A DNA stretch of 62,412 nt from Chlamydiales bacterium (GCA_047611865.1 JBLFWS010000002.1:1-62412), one strand, 5' to 3'. Numbered from the stretch's first letter, positions 38,340-47,992 are shown. Translations and numbers: made by a program. Notes: a model not told the origin generated them from the letters alone.

Positions 38340-38648
38340 TTAGTGAGAGTGAGTATGAACGACATCATTAGTCGCATTGGCTTGCGCAACAGCAGCAGCA
38401 ATACCAGCAGCAGCAGCAACACCTGCTGTAACAGCAGCTGTACTAACCCCTGCACCAGCTCCAGCAGCAGCAGCGCTTCCACCAGCACCAGCACCGCCAG
38501 CACTACCACTAGCACCACCAGCACCGCTTGATTGAGCAATTTCAGTATTAACGGCTTGTTCGGCAACAGCTGATGCTTCTTCGAGTGAGAATGCACTACT
38601 TGAAGTCGCCATGACAAGAGCGGTGAATAATGTAAGCATTTTTTTCAT
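38340..38648 (-). CDS. Small secreted Gly/Ala-rich low-complexity protein
   Basis: 102 aa with an AAGGAG Shine-Dalgarno sequence 8 nt upstream and signal peptide MKKMLTLFTALVMATSSSAFS. The mature part is a G/A/S run, then a glycine-zipper-like hydrophobic stretch, then C-terminal HTHSH. Confidence 0.65.
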   Translation of the reverse strand: MKKMLTLFTALVMATSSSAFSLEEASAVAEQAVNTEIAQSSGAGGASGSAGGAGAGGSAAAAGAGAGVSTAAVTAGVAAAAGIAAAVAQANATNDVVHTHSH

Positions 38649-38760
38649 AACGAGCTCCTTTATGAATTTTTGTGTGCTATTTATATAGCTTTGATTAATT
38701 GATAAGTTATTTTATGAATTTACTGCAATCGTTTCTGATTTTTTTGCTGTGTTTTTTTAC

Positions 38761-39615
38761 TCATCGTACCCACAGAAGCTCACCTTTCAGTGTACTGATG
38801 ACATTATCGTGCCACTCAGGATTCATATCGGATAAATCTTCAGTAAGTATCGAGGTAAAAGGAACCCAGAACTTATTTTGGAAGATATGGGTATCGAAAG
38901 TCTTTTCAGCAAGGTAATGTCTCGAAAGACCGCTGTTTTCAACTTCCGTAGAAGAAAAGGTAGTATGCCACCCATCTTTCATATCCATGTATGCAAGTTC
39001 AATTTTGTTGCGCAAGGTGGGGTCATTAATACTCGTAAAAAGACCATCATCGATTTTTAAGGATTGGATGGCTTCGAAAAACTCTTTGTAGTATTGAGGG
39101 AAATCCTCTTGAAGAGCCGTACCCGTAATCACATATACGGAACCTTTATGCTGAACAAAGGACTGGAGCAGTCTTACATTACCCCATCCAGTTAGTCTAT
39201 CTATTTGCATGAGAGACGCTGGTCCTGAAGCTGTCTGAATGCTTCCAAGTTTCTTGCAGGTGCTATCTACATGAGACTCATGTTCCATCATAGATTCTTG
39301 CATATAACTTCTTAGGTCTAGATCGGTTGCTTGGATCGCAAGATTAATAGATGGAGGGAAATGTCCCCCTTCTCCTTTTACGTGAATCTTAATGTAATCC
39401 GATTGAGCTTCAGTTGGCAATGTGTTGCGAGGAACAATTTTCCAGTCCCTGGGAGGGGTAAAAGAACATGTCGTAGATTTTTGTGTTACTTTGGCTACGC
39501 CTCCTTCAAAAAACTCACTGGATTGAGATGATAGATTTTCTGAGGCTTTAAGGTCTTGATTACTTAGCATAAACATTGCAGATGCTAGAACTAAGACGAA
39601 AATTCTCTTAGTCAT
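38761..39615 (-). CDS. Hypothetical secreted protein
   Basis: 284 aa with signal peptide MTKRIFVLVLASAMFMLSNQDLKA. I cannot firmly assign a domain. Confidence 0.55.
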   Translation of the reverse strand: MTKRIFVLVLASAMFMLSNQDLKASENLSSQSSEFFEGGVAKVTQKSTTCSFTPPRDWKIVPRNTLPTEAQSDYIKIHVKGEGGHFPPSINLAIQATDLDLRSYMQESMMEHESHVDSTCKKLGSIQTASGPASLMQIDRLTGWGNVRLLQSFVQHKGSVYVITGTALQEDFPQYYKEFFEAIQSLKIDDGLFTSINDPTLRNKIELAYMDMKDGWHTTFSSTEVENSGLSRHYLAEKTFDTHIFQNKFWVPFTSILTEDLSDMNPEWHDNVISTLKGELLWVR

Positions 39616-40012
39616 TTTGGCTTACCCCTCTTGTTTTGGCAAAATGATTGGATTGTTAGCAAAGAAACCAAGGTTTGCTCTACCTGTTCGATAAAAATGG
39701 GAATATTAAGGGTTGAGGTTTTTTTTGCTATGATTTTTGACTATAATTGGATGTTTTTTGTTTCAGGACCTTATGAGAAGACACAATTGATTCGAAGATT
39801 TAAGATTCTGAAAATAATTGCGGATGAATACAGATAAAAAATGTGAACTGAAATTCCAAGTACTATTTAAGTTATTGTAGATCAGTAGTGTAAATTAGTA
39901 AAATTAAGGTGGGAAATCTCGGAAAAACTGCTTGAAAATAATCGTATCGGTGTAGTTAAGTGTTTTTCTAACGAAAGTATTTGAAGTAACTAGTTTATCG
40001 GGTGGGAATAGC

Positions 40013-40639
40013 ATGAAATCACTGGAAAGTGGAAAAGATAAAATCCAGTATATTTGCGATGCTTTGAGAAAAGAGACTCTAGAGCCAGCTCAGAGGGAGT
40101 GTCAGGAAATCATTGCAAAGGCAAGGGATGAGGCTGAAGATATTCTCAAAGCTGCGGGACAAAATGCAGAAAAAATTGTCGCTGCAGGTCGTGAGTGTAT
40201 AGAAAGGGAACGCAGTGTCTTTAATTCGGCATTGGCACAAGCATGCAAGCAGAGTTTGGAAGGTTTGAAACAGGATATAGAACATTCCCTTTTTAATACC
40301 GAACTCGCTAAGACAATTGAAAATAATAGCGTTGATGAATCCCTCATTGCTAAGCTGATTTCAGCAATGGTGACTGCTATTGAAAAAGATGGCATGAATG
40401 TTGACTTGAGTGCAGTGATACCAGCAAGTGTATCTGTTGATTCAGTTAACAAGTTATTAGCGACGAATATCCTTCAAAAATTGAAAGAAGGATCCGTTAC
40501 TGTAGGTCGTTTTTCTGGTGGCGCTCAATTGAAAGTTCATGACAAGAAAATTACGATCGATATTACCGACGAAGCCCTAAAAGAACTCCTTGGAACCTAT
40601 CTCCGAAAAGACTTTAGGCGAACTTTATTTCAGAATTAA
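40013..40639 (+). CDS. atpE: V-type ATPase subunit E
   Basis: 208 aa. It has a long charged N-terminal helix and a globular C-terminus, and is first in the V-ATPase operon as in Chlamydia. Confidence 0.8.
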   Translation: MKSLESGKDKIQYICDALRKETLEPAQRECQEIIAKARDEAEDILKAAGQNAEKIVAAGRECIERERSVFNSALAQACKQSLEGLKQDIEHSLFNTELAKTIENNSVDESLIAKLISAMVTAIEKDGMNVDLSAVIPASVSVDSVNKLLATNILQKLKEGSVTVGRFSGGAQLKVHDKKITIDITDEALKELLGTYLRKDFRRTLFQN

Positions 40640-40661
40640 TTGAATCGCTACGGCAGCTTAC

Positions 40662-41441
40662 ATGGCCAATTACTATTTTCTGACAAGCATGCTCCCACCA
40701 CTTGAGGTGGGGCATACCCCAGGATTACATTTTGAAGAGCTTAACGCTATTCTGCAAGAAAGACTCTCAGTAGAGGATTACGAGCAGTTTCGGGTAATGC
40801 GGCGTTTTGTTGATCTCGAGAATTTGAGGTTCTTTTTGAAAAGTGAGCCACTGGATCCTAGAGGAAATCTTTCCAAAGAGGATATTGAGGAAGCTCTTTC
40901 TTTAAAGTTCGGATTTCCTGAATATGTTTTTGAGTTTATGGAAAGGTACGAATCCCTTAGTGATCGTCTTCATCACTTTACCTCCCTGTTGGTGCAGTTT
41001 TTTTCTGAAGAAACACCTCTATTTGAGGGCTTTCTTTTAGACTACCTCACTTTTGAAAGGGAATGGAATCTGGTGATGGTAGCTTTTAGAGCTAAAAATC
41101 TGGGTAGGGATATTTCTCGGGAATTACAGTACGAAGATCCTTCTGACCAAATTGTAGCCCAAATTTTAGCTCAAAAAGATGCTATGGGTTTCGAGCCACC
41201 ATTTGGCTACGAAGATTTGAAAGTAATCTTTGAAAATAAGAGAAGTGATCCTATGGCCTTTCACAAAGCTCTTTGTGAGTATCGCTTTAATAGAATTCGT
41301 GAGCTGGAAGCTGGAGAGTTATTTTCTCTAGACCGTATCTTAGGCTATGTTGCAAGACTGATGATTGTCGAAAGATGGCTGGAAATGGACCAGAAGTTGG
41401 GAAATTCAATAGTTGAAAATATGATAAACGAAGCAGGATGA
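40662..41441 (+). CDS. V-ATPase-associated protein (subunit C/d-like, DUF2764-like)
   Basis: 259 aa. It sits between atpE and atpA like the conserved chlamydial hypothetical gene at that position. Its stop overlaps the atpA start. Confidence 0.6.
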   Translation: MANYYFLTSMLPPLEVGHTPGLHFEELNAILQERLSVEDYEQFRVMRRFVDLENLRFFLKSEPLDPRGNLSKEDIEEALSLKFGFPEYVFEFMERYESLSDRLHHFTSLLVQFFSEETPLFEGFLLDYLTFEREWNLVMVAFRAKNLGRDISRELQYEDPSDQIVAQILAQKDAMGFEPPFGYEDLKVIFENKRSDPMAFHKALCEYRFNRIRELEAGELFSLDRILGYVARLMIVERWLEMDQKLGNSIVENMINEAG

Positions 41442-43240
41442 AGCAAATGACACAGACTGTAAACCAAACAATCTCCGAATTAGAAGTGGCCCCTAAAGGT
41501 AGGGTAGTACAGGCTTTCGGTAACTTACTCCAAGTAAAATTCGAGGGCAATATTCGCCAGGGAGAGGTTGCGATGGTTCAGGTCGGTGAGACCAGCCTAA
41601 AGGGTGAAGTCATTGAAATTGCTGGTGATGAAGCTAAAATTCAAGTTTACGAAGATACTAAAGGGGTAAAACTAAACACTAAGGTAAGTTTTGAAGGAAA
41701 CCTTCTTGAAGCAGAGTTAGGGCCTGGTTTACTTACTTCAATTTTCGATGGCTTGCAGAATCCCCTTGAGGGAGTCGCAGATGCATCGGGTTTATTTTTA
41801 CCAAGAGGCATTTATTTGCCACCTATTGACAGAAGCAAGCATTGGAATTACGAACCTCTTGCAAGAGTTGGCGATGTCCTTGAAAGAGGGGATACCTTGG
41901 GAACTACTTTAGAAGGACGTTTTCATCACAAAGTTATGTTGCCTTTCAGTTGCTATCAACAAATTACGATTAAGTGGGTGATTGGTTCAGGGTCACATAC
42001 TGCTGATACTGTTGTGGCTAAAGGGACTGATGAGAATGGTAAAGAGCATGAGTTTACCATGATTCAGAAGTGGTCAGTGAAAAAGCCTTTGATTGTAGGA
42101 GAAAAAATCAAAGCATCGAAAATGATGGATACAGGTTGTCGTTCTATTGATACTCAATTTCCTATCATGAAAGGTGGTACATTTTGCTCCCCTGGTCCTT
42201 TTGGAGCAGGAAAAACAGTTTTACAGCATCATCTTTCTAAATTCTCCTCCGTAGATATTGTAGTTGTTGTGGCTTGTGGAGAAAGAGCAGGGGAAGTAGT
42301 GGAGCTTCTTCGAGAATTTCCTCACCTTATTGATCCACATACAGGCGAATCTCTGATTAATCGTACAGTGATTATCTGTAACACATCGTCTATGCCCGTT
42401 GCAGCGCGCGAATCATCCATTTATATGGGAGTTACGATAGCTGAATATTATCGCCAAATGGGACTTGATGTTCTTTGTCTCGCAGATTCCACATCCCGTT
42501 GGGCGCAAGCACTTCGTGAAATGTCCGGGCGTTTGGAAGAAATTCCAGGAGAAGAAGCCTTCCCAGCATATTTGGCATCAAGAATCGCAGCTTTTTATGA
42601 AAGATCTGGAGTTCTTTCTTTGAAAGATGGTAGCCAAGGTTCGATTACTATCGGTGGAGCTGTTTCTCCTGCAGGTGGTAATTTCGAAGAACCTGTTACT
42701 CAAGCTACTCTATCAGTGGTTGGAGCTTTTCTGGGTTTATCACGGACTCGTTCAGATGCTAGGCGCTATCCAGCGATTGACCCATTAATTTCCTGGTCGA
42801 AGTATGTTGGGGGAGTAGGAATTGAGCTGAACGCTAAAGTTGAAGGTTGGGATAAGAAAGTAAAGCTAGCTTCAAAATTCCTTCGTGATGGCGATGAGAT
42901 TGGGAAACGTATGGAAGTTGTGGGAGAAGAGGGTACTGCTATTGCTGATATGCTTGTGTACCTGAAAAGCGAACTTTACGATTTCAGTTACTTACAGCAG
43001 AATGCGTTTGATAAAGAGGATGCTTACTGCCCATTAAACAGGCAGCTTCCACTTTTTGGCATTATCAGCAAGGTTTTCGACACTGAATTTGATTTTAAAA
43101 CTCATGATGATGCTCGTGAGTTCTTTTTAGATCTTCAGAATAAGATAAAGAATATGAACTTCATGTCTTTTGACTCTGAAGAGTATAAAAAAACTTTCCA
43201 TTCTCTCGAAGAGACGATCGAAGGGGCCAGAAAACATTAA
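41438..43240 (+). CDS. atpA: V-type ATPase catalytic subunit A
   Basis: 600 aa with Walker A GPFGAGKTV and the A-subunit non-homologous insert. Confidence 0.93.
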   Translation: MKQMTQTVNQTISELEVAPKGRVVQAFGNLLQVKFEGNIRQGEVAMVQVGETSLKGEVIEIAGDEAKIQVYEDTKGVKLNTKVSFEGNLLEAELGPGLLTSIFDGLQNPLEGVADASGLFLPRGIYLPPIDRSKHWNYEPLARVGDVLERGDTLGTTLEGRFHHKVMLPFSCYQQITIKWVIGSGSHTADTVVAKGTDENGKEHEFTMIQKWSVKKPLIVGEKIKASKMMDTGCRSIDTQFPIMKGGTFCSPGPFGAGKTVLQHHLSKFSSVDIVVVVACGERAGEVVELLREFPHLIDPHTGESLINRTVIICNTSSMPVAARESSIYMGVTIAEYYRQMGLDVLCLADSTSRWAQALREMSGRLEEIPGEEAFPAYLASRIAAFYERSGVLSLKDGSQGSITIGGAVSPAGGNFEEPVTQATLSVVGAFLGLSRTRSDARRYPAIDPLISWSKYVGGVGIELNAKVEGWDKKVKLASKFLRDGDEIGKRMEVVGEEGTAIADMLVYLKSELYDFSYLQQNAFDKEDAYCPLNRQLPLFGIISKVFDTEFDFKTHDDAREFFLDLQNKIKNMNFMSFDSEEYKKTFHSLEETIEGARKH

Positions 43241-43261
43241 AGTAGAGCTAAGAGGATAAAG

Positions 43262-44569
43262 ATGAAGAAAGTTCACGATCGCATTAATGACATGCGCGGT
43301 AGCTTGATTTCTGTGACTGCAGAAGATGTTGCCCTGGGAGAACTGGCGCGGATCGATAAACAAGATGGTACAAGCACATATGGTTCGACTCTGCGTTTCG
43401 AGGGAGATCAGGTTACTTTGCAGGTTTTTGAAAGTACAAGCGGTATTTCGACTGGAGACAAGGTAACATTTCTCAATAGGGAGATGACAGCTACATTTGG
43501 TGACGACCTTTTGGGTAGACGTCTAAATGGAACGGGACAACCAATCGACGGTGGACCTGAGCTTAGAGGGGAAAGTATTAAAATTGGTACTCCCTCTTTT
43601 AATCCCGTTAAGCGGATTATTCCACATGATCTGGTTCGTACCAATATTCCGATGATTGATGTCTTTAACTGCTTGGTTAAGTCACAAAAGATTCCGATAT
43701 TTTCTGTGGCAGGGGAACCATATAATGAGCTCCTCATGCGTATTGCTAACCAAACAAACGCTGATGTAGTTGTGATTGCAGGAATGGGACTTACATTTGA
43801 TGCTTATCAAGCCTTTGTAGATAATGCGGAAGAAGCTGGCTCAATAGATAAGACGGTTATGTTTATACACCGTGCCACAGACCCAACCGTGGAATGCTTG
43901 CTTGTTCCGGATATGGCCTTGGCATGTGCTGAAAAATTTGCCATTAAAGATAAAGACGTGCTCGTTCTAATGACTGATATGACGTCTTTTGCGGATGCTG
44001 TCAAAGAAATCTCGATTACTATGGATCAGGTACCTTCAAATAGAGGTTACCCAGGCTCCCTATATTCCGATTTAGCTTCTCGTTACGAAAAGGCTGTGGA
44101 TATTGACGGTAGCGGATCTATAACATTGATTTCCGTAACCACTATGCCAGGCGGTGATGTAACACATCCGATTCCTGATAATACGGGTTATATCACCGAA
44201 GGGCAGTTTTACCTTCATGGAGGACGTATCGATCCGTTTGGTTCGCTCTCTCGTTTGAAGCAGCTTGTCATCGGAAAAGTGACTCGTGATGACCATGGTG
44301 ATGTGGCAAATGGTATGATACGTCTTTACGCAGAATCAAAAAAGGCTAGAGAAAGACAGAGTATGGGCTTTAAGTTATCCCGTTGGGATGAAAAGCTTCT
44401 TAGATATTCTGTCCTGTTCGAAGATAGTATGATGAACTTGCAGGTAAACTATACCTTAGAAGAGACGTTGGATCTTGGATGGAAAACCCTAGCTGAATGC
44501 TTTGAATCAAATGAAGTGGGCATTAAGCAGGTTCACGTTGATAGGTACTGGCCAAAAGATACGCGTTAA
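43262..44569 (+). CDS. atpB: V-type ATPase subunit B
   Basis: 435 aa with a B-subunit-like sequence ([15 protein letters not shown]-type motif: [17 protein letters not shown]). Confidence 0.93.
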   Translation: MKKVHDRINDMRGSLISVTAEDVALGELARIDKQDGTSTYGSTLRFEGDQVTLQVFESTSGISTGDKVTFLNREMTATFGDDLLGRRLNGTGQPIDGGPELRGESIKIGTPSFNPVKRIIPHDLVRTNIPMIDVFNCLVKSQKIPIFSVAGEPYNELLMRIANQTNADVVVIAGMGLTFDAYQAFVDNAEEAGSIDKTVMFIHRATDPTVECLLVPDMALACAEKFAIKDKDVLVLMTDMTSFADAVKEISITMDQVPSNRGYPGSLYSDLASRYEKAVDIDGSGSITLISVTTMPGGDVTHPIPDNTGYITEGQFYLHGGRIDPFGSLSRLKQLVIGKVTRDDHGDVANGMIRLYAESKKARERQSMGFKLSRWDEKLLRYSVLFEDSMMNLQVNYTLEETLDLGWKTLAECFESNEVGIKQVHVDRYWPKDTR

Positions 44570-44583
44570 GTGAGGAGGGTGAG

Positions 44584-45219
44584 GTGGCTGAAGTAAAGCT
44601 GACAAAAAATGAACTAAGATCCCAGCAAGTTCGACTTGGGCAGTTAAACAAATATTTGCCTACTCTACAGTTGAAAAAAGCTATGCTGCAATCTGAAGTA
44701 AATGAAGCTCGTCTGGAGATTCGTAAGCTACATGAGTTATTTTTAGAAGCTCGTAAAGTTGTGGACTCTTTTAGTACTCTTCTTACGGAAAAAATAGCTA
44801 TTAACATGAGTGACGTTGCACGTGTCGATAAAGTAGAAAAAAAATATGAGAACATCGCTGGTGTGGAAATCCCGATCTTTATCGGAGTAAGTTTTCATGA
44901 GGTGGAATACGGGCTTTTTGAAACCCCACCTTGGGTTGATTCAGCCATTGACCGTATGAGGGATATGAGTGAATGCCGAGAAAAAATGCGCGTTTCTGAA
45001 GAAAAGAAAGCGGCTCTGGAAAAGGAATTGAGAGAAGTTTCCATTCGTGTGAATCTTTTTGAAAAGATTCTCATACCAAGAGCGATCAATAACATTAAGA
45101 AGATCAAGGTATTTTTGGGAGATCAGCAGTTAGCATCAGTGTCCCAGGCTAAGGTTGCTAAAACAAAAATAGTGGAACGGAAAGCTTTGCAGCGCAAGGA
45201 GATTTCCTATGCGCATTGA
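44584..45219 (+). CDS. atpD: V-type ATPase subunit D
   Basis: 211 aa. Coiled-coil central-stalk protein. GTG start after a GAGGAGGGTGAG Shine-Dalgarno sequence. Confidence 0.85.
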   Translation: MAEVKLTKNELRSQQVRLGQLNKYLPTLQLKKAMLQSEVNEARLEIRKLHELFLEARKVVDSFSTLLTEKIAINMSDVARVDKVEKKYENIAGVEIPIFIGVSFHEVEYGLFETPPWVDSAIDRMRDMSECREKMRVSEEKKAALEKELREVSIRVNLFEKILIPRAINNIKKIKVFLGDQQLASVSQAKVAKTKIVERKALQRKEISYAH

Positions 45220-47131
45220 TGTAAAAAAAATGCTTTTTGTTGGAGTGAAAAAAGACAAAGATATCTTTTTTCAAAAGGCACAAAAGGCTGGCATTGTTGA
45301 ATTTATAGATTTTGAATCAAAGATTCCCTATCGGGAGCTACCAGACAGTATTCAGGAGCTAAAAGCGGCTATTAAAATACTGCGCGGTCTCCCTACTAAA
45401 GAGCAGGAAGAGATTGATGACTTGAGCATTGCCGGCTCTACTGCAAGATGTATTATAAAATTGAATTATTCTCAAGAATCTCTTCATGAGGAGCAGCGGC
45501 TTCTTGTCCAGGAAATTAGTCGTATTGAAGTATTTGGCGATTTCTGGAAAGAAGATATCGAATTTCTGCAAAAAGAGGGTAAGCGTGTAATTCAGTTCTT
45601 TTTTACCAAAGAAGATGCTGAAGTAGAAGCTAAAGAACTCCCTGAAGTTATATACGTAGGCTCTAATCACGGACTTGATTATTTTTCCACAATAAATAAA
45701 GAGCCTACAAATTATCAGGGAATGACTGAGATGGTGGTTAATCGCACCATTGGAGAATTGGAACAAAGACTTGATACGGTTAAAGAAGAACTTGTTTGTG
45801 TGGAGCGTGAGTTAAAGATCCTTGTTGTTCGCAATGATTTTCTTCATGAGGCTTTTATTGATAAGCTTAACGGTCATAACCTCAGTATTGCGAAAGGCTA
45901 TGTAGAGACAGTTATGGGAGACAGCCTTTTTGCTGTGGAGGGTTGGGTGGCCGATTGTGATCTACAGAAGGTGCAGGCCCTATTAGATGAGACGAATATT
46001 CATGGTGAAGAAGTTGTCATCGAAGAGGAAGATAAAGTTCCCACGCACCTTCGTAACAAAGGTTTATCTCTTATAGGAGAAGATCTTGTACATATTTATG
46101 ATACCCCTTCAGTAGAAGATAAAGATCCCTCGTTGTGGGTGTTGGGAGGGTTTGCTCTCTTCTTCGCAATCATAATAGGTGATGGGGGCTATGGATTGAT
46201 TTTTCTTGCCTTGTCGCTGTTTTTAAGAATGAAGTTTCCTAGTCTGGAAGGCGTTGGAAAGCGTGCTCTGAATCTATTTACCATTCTCTCTGTTTCATGC
46301 ATTATGTGGGGCGTTTTATCTAACTCTTTCTTCGGTATCAAATTTGAGCCCGACAGTGCTTTTCGCAAGGTTTCTGTAGTGCAGTGGTTGGTTGAGAAGA
46401 AAACAGCTTATCATATAAATCAGCAAGACGATACTTTTGGAGGTATTATTGCTGATTTTCCATCTCTTGCATCAGTGAATGATCCTCTCGAATTCCTAAA
46501 AGGAGGCGTCAGGATTGTTGATGGAAAAGCTTCTTATGTTGTGCTTGATAAATTCTCTACCAACGTAATGCTTGAGTTAGCTTTGGTCATTGGGATTATC
46601 CACATAGGCTTGTCTTTCCTGAGAGGTTTTTCTGGCAGCTGGGCAGGTATTGGATGGATCATTGTCATGATTGGTGGATACCTGAATTTTCCTTCGGTAT
46701 TACAGGCGACTTCTATGCTTCACTATTTGTTTTATGTGGATCCGGTAGAAGGAGCAAAGATTGGTCAGGAACTTATGTACAGCGGTGTGGGTTTAGCCGT
46801 AGTGCTAGCTTTGATACAGCATAAGCTGATGGGTACATTGGAAATTATTAATGTCATTCAGGTTTTTGCCGACGTACTTTCATATCTTCGTCTTTATGCT
46901 TTAGGCATGGCTGGAGCAATGATGAGTGCTACTTTTAACGATATAGCTGGCTCTTTAAGCATTACATTTGGGGTGATAGTCCTGATTATCGGGCACATCG
47001 TTAATATTGCTTTGAGTGCAATTGGTGGCCTTATTCATGGCCTGCGTTTGCATTTCATTGAGTGGTATCACTATTCCTTTGAAGGGGGCGGTCGAGTGCA
47101 TCAACCATTGAAATTATTGAATATCAAATAG
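45209..47131 (+). CDS. atpI: V-type ATPase subunit I (a-subunit)
   Basis: 640 aa with a soluble N-terminal half and a polytopic C-terminal half. It contains SYLRLYALG, the conserved Arg helix. Confidence 0.88.
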   Translation: MRIDVKKMLFVGVKKDKDIFFQKAQKAGIVEFIDFESKIPYRELPDSIQELKAAIKILRGLPTKEQEEIDDLSIAGSTARCIIKLNYSQESLHEEQRLLVQEISRIEVFGDFWKEDIEFLQKEGKRVIQFFFTKEDAEVEAKELPEVIYVGSNHGLDYFSTINKEPTNYQGMTEMVVNRTIGELEQRLDTVKEELVCVERELKILVVRNDFLHEAFIDKLNGHNLSIAKGYVETVMGDSLFAVEGWVADCDLQKVQALLDETNIHGEEVVIEEEDKVPTHLRNKGLSLIGEDLVHIYDTPSVEDKDPSLWVLGGFALFFAIIIGDGGYGLIFLALSLFLRMKFPSLEGVGKRALNLFTILSVSCIMWGVLSNSFFGIKFEPDSAFRKVSVVQWLVEKKTAYHINQQDDTFGGIIADFPSLASVNDPLEFLKGGVRIVDGKASYVVLDKFSTNVMLELALVIGIIHIGLSFLRGFSGSWAGIGWIIVMIGGYLNFPSVLQATSMLHYLFYVDPVEGAKIGQELMYSGVGLAVVLALIQHKLMGTLEIINVIQVFADVLSYLRLYALGMAGAMMSATFNDIAGSLSITFGVIVLIIGHIVNIALSAIGGLIHGLRLHFIEWYHYSFEGGGRVHQPLKLLNIK

Positions 47132-47153
47132 TTAAACGAACAGGAGAAAGAAC

Positions 47154-47576
47154 ATGGATTTCGCAATGGTCGGACCAGCACTTGCCCTTGGCTTAAGTTG
47201 TCTGGGTAGTGCTATTGGATGCGGTATTGCTGGTATGGCATCTCACGGAGTTATGAGCAGAGTGGAAGAAGGACACGGTAAGTTTATCGGTATGTCTGCA
47301 GCACCTTCTTCTCAGTCAATTTATGGATTTATTTTAATGTTGCTGATGAGCAATAGCATTAAAGCTGGCACTCTTTCGTCAATGTCAGGTGTGGGTATTG
47401 GCTTGTCTTGTGGGCTTGCTATTATGACCTCAGCAATTTACCAAGGCCGTTGCGCTGCGTCTGGTATACAGGCCTCTGCAAAACAGCCGGCAATTTTTGG
47501 TAAGTGCTTTGCAGCAATTGCTATTGTAGAATCGTTTGCTCTGTTTGCTTTTGTTTTTGCATTGCTCATCATGTAA
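47154..47576 (+). CDS. atpK: V-type ATPase proteolipid subunit K
   Basis: 140 aa with four predicted TM helices, that is, two hairpins. There is a single membrane Glu (IAIVESFALF) in the last helix. Confidence 0.88.
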   Translation: MDFAMVGPALALGLSCLGSAIGCGIAGMASHGVMSRVEEGHGKFIGMSAAPSSQSIYGFILMLLMSNSIKAGTLSSMSGVGIGLSCGLAIMTSAIYQGRCAASGIQASAKQPAIFGKCFAAIAIVESFALFAFVFALLIM

Positions 47577-47616
47577 ATTTGATACACAGTGGCAATTGAA
47601 ATAATACGCCAAAACA

Positions 47617-47779
47617 TATACCGAAACAAGTTCAAGAATTGGAATTTTGGTCCAGAGATTCTTTCGGCAGTTGAAGCGCATAAATCTCAGCATGTTTAGG
47701 TAAGTAGGTGGGATTTATGTATTTTAACAGACTGAAAAAGATCGGAACAAAAACCAATTCTTGAATTTGTTTTGGTATA
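47617..47779. repeat. Family-A MITE-like element, long form (inverse orientation relative to 10279-10476)
   Basis: The terminal inverted repeats are TATACCGAAACAAGTTCAAGAATTGG (47617-47642) and CCAATTCTTGAATTTGTTTTGGTATA (47754-47779), matching at 24 of 26 positions. Internal blocks (CCCACCTACTTAC, GGACCAAAATT) match the copy at 10.3 kb. Confidence 0.85.
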
Positions 47780-47902
47780 ATGACAGATGAATTTGTTTAT
47801 ACAATTTCTTTTCTGTTTTATTTTTTTTGCGTATTGCTTTGTTTTATCTGCGAATTATTATCTATCCGTTCGCAGAAGTTGAGCTATTTGCCTAGTCTAA
47901 TT

Positions 47903-47931
47903 TATACTCAAACTACCCCGCATTGAGTATA
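47903..47931. repeat. Family-B palindromic repeat (compact form)
   Basis: TATACTCAA-ACTACCCCGCA-TTGAGTATA lies 61 nt upstream of the fumC ATG. Confidence 0.9.
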
Positions 47932-47992
47932 AGCCTGAGGATGAGATAGGCCATACATCGAACTAAGTTAGATCATTTTGCTGGAGAAGAAT

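Noticed and set aside
38313-38617. Alternative ORFs (72 aa on the plus strand, 98 aa on the minus strand) overlapping the Gly/Ala-rich gene
   Set aside because: The open frames are a by-product of the (GCN)n triplet periodicity. Only the 38340-38648 minus frame has a strong Shine-Dalgarno sequence and a signal peptide.
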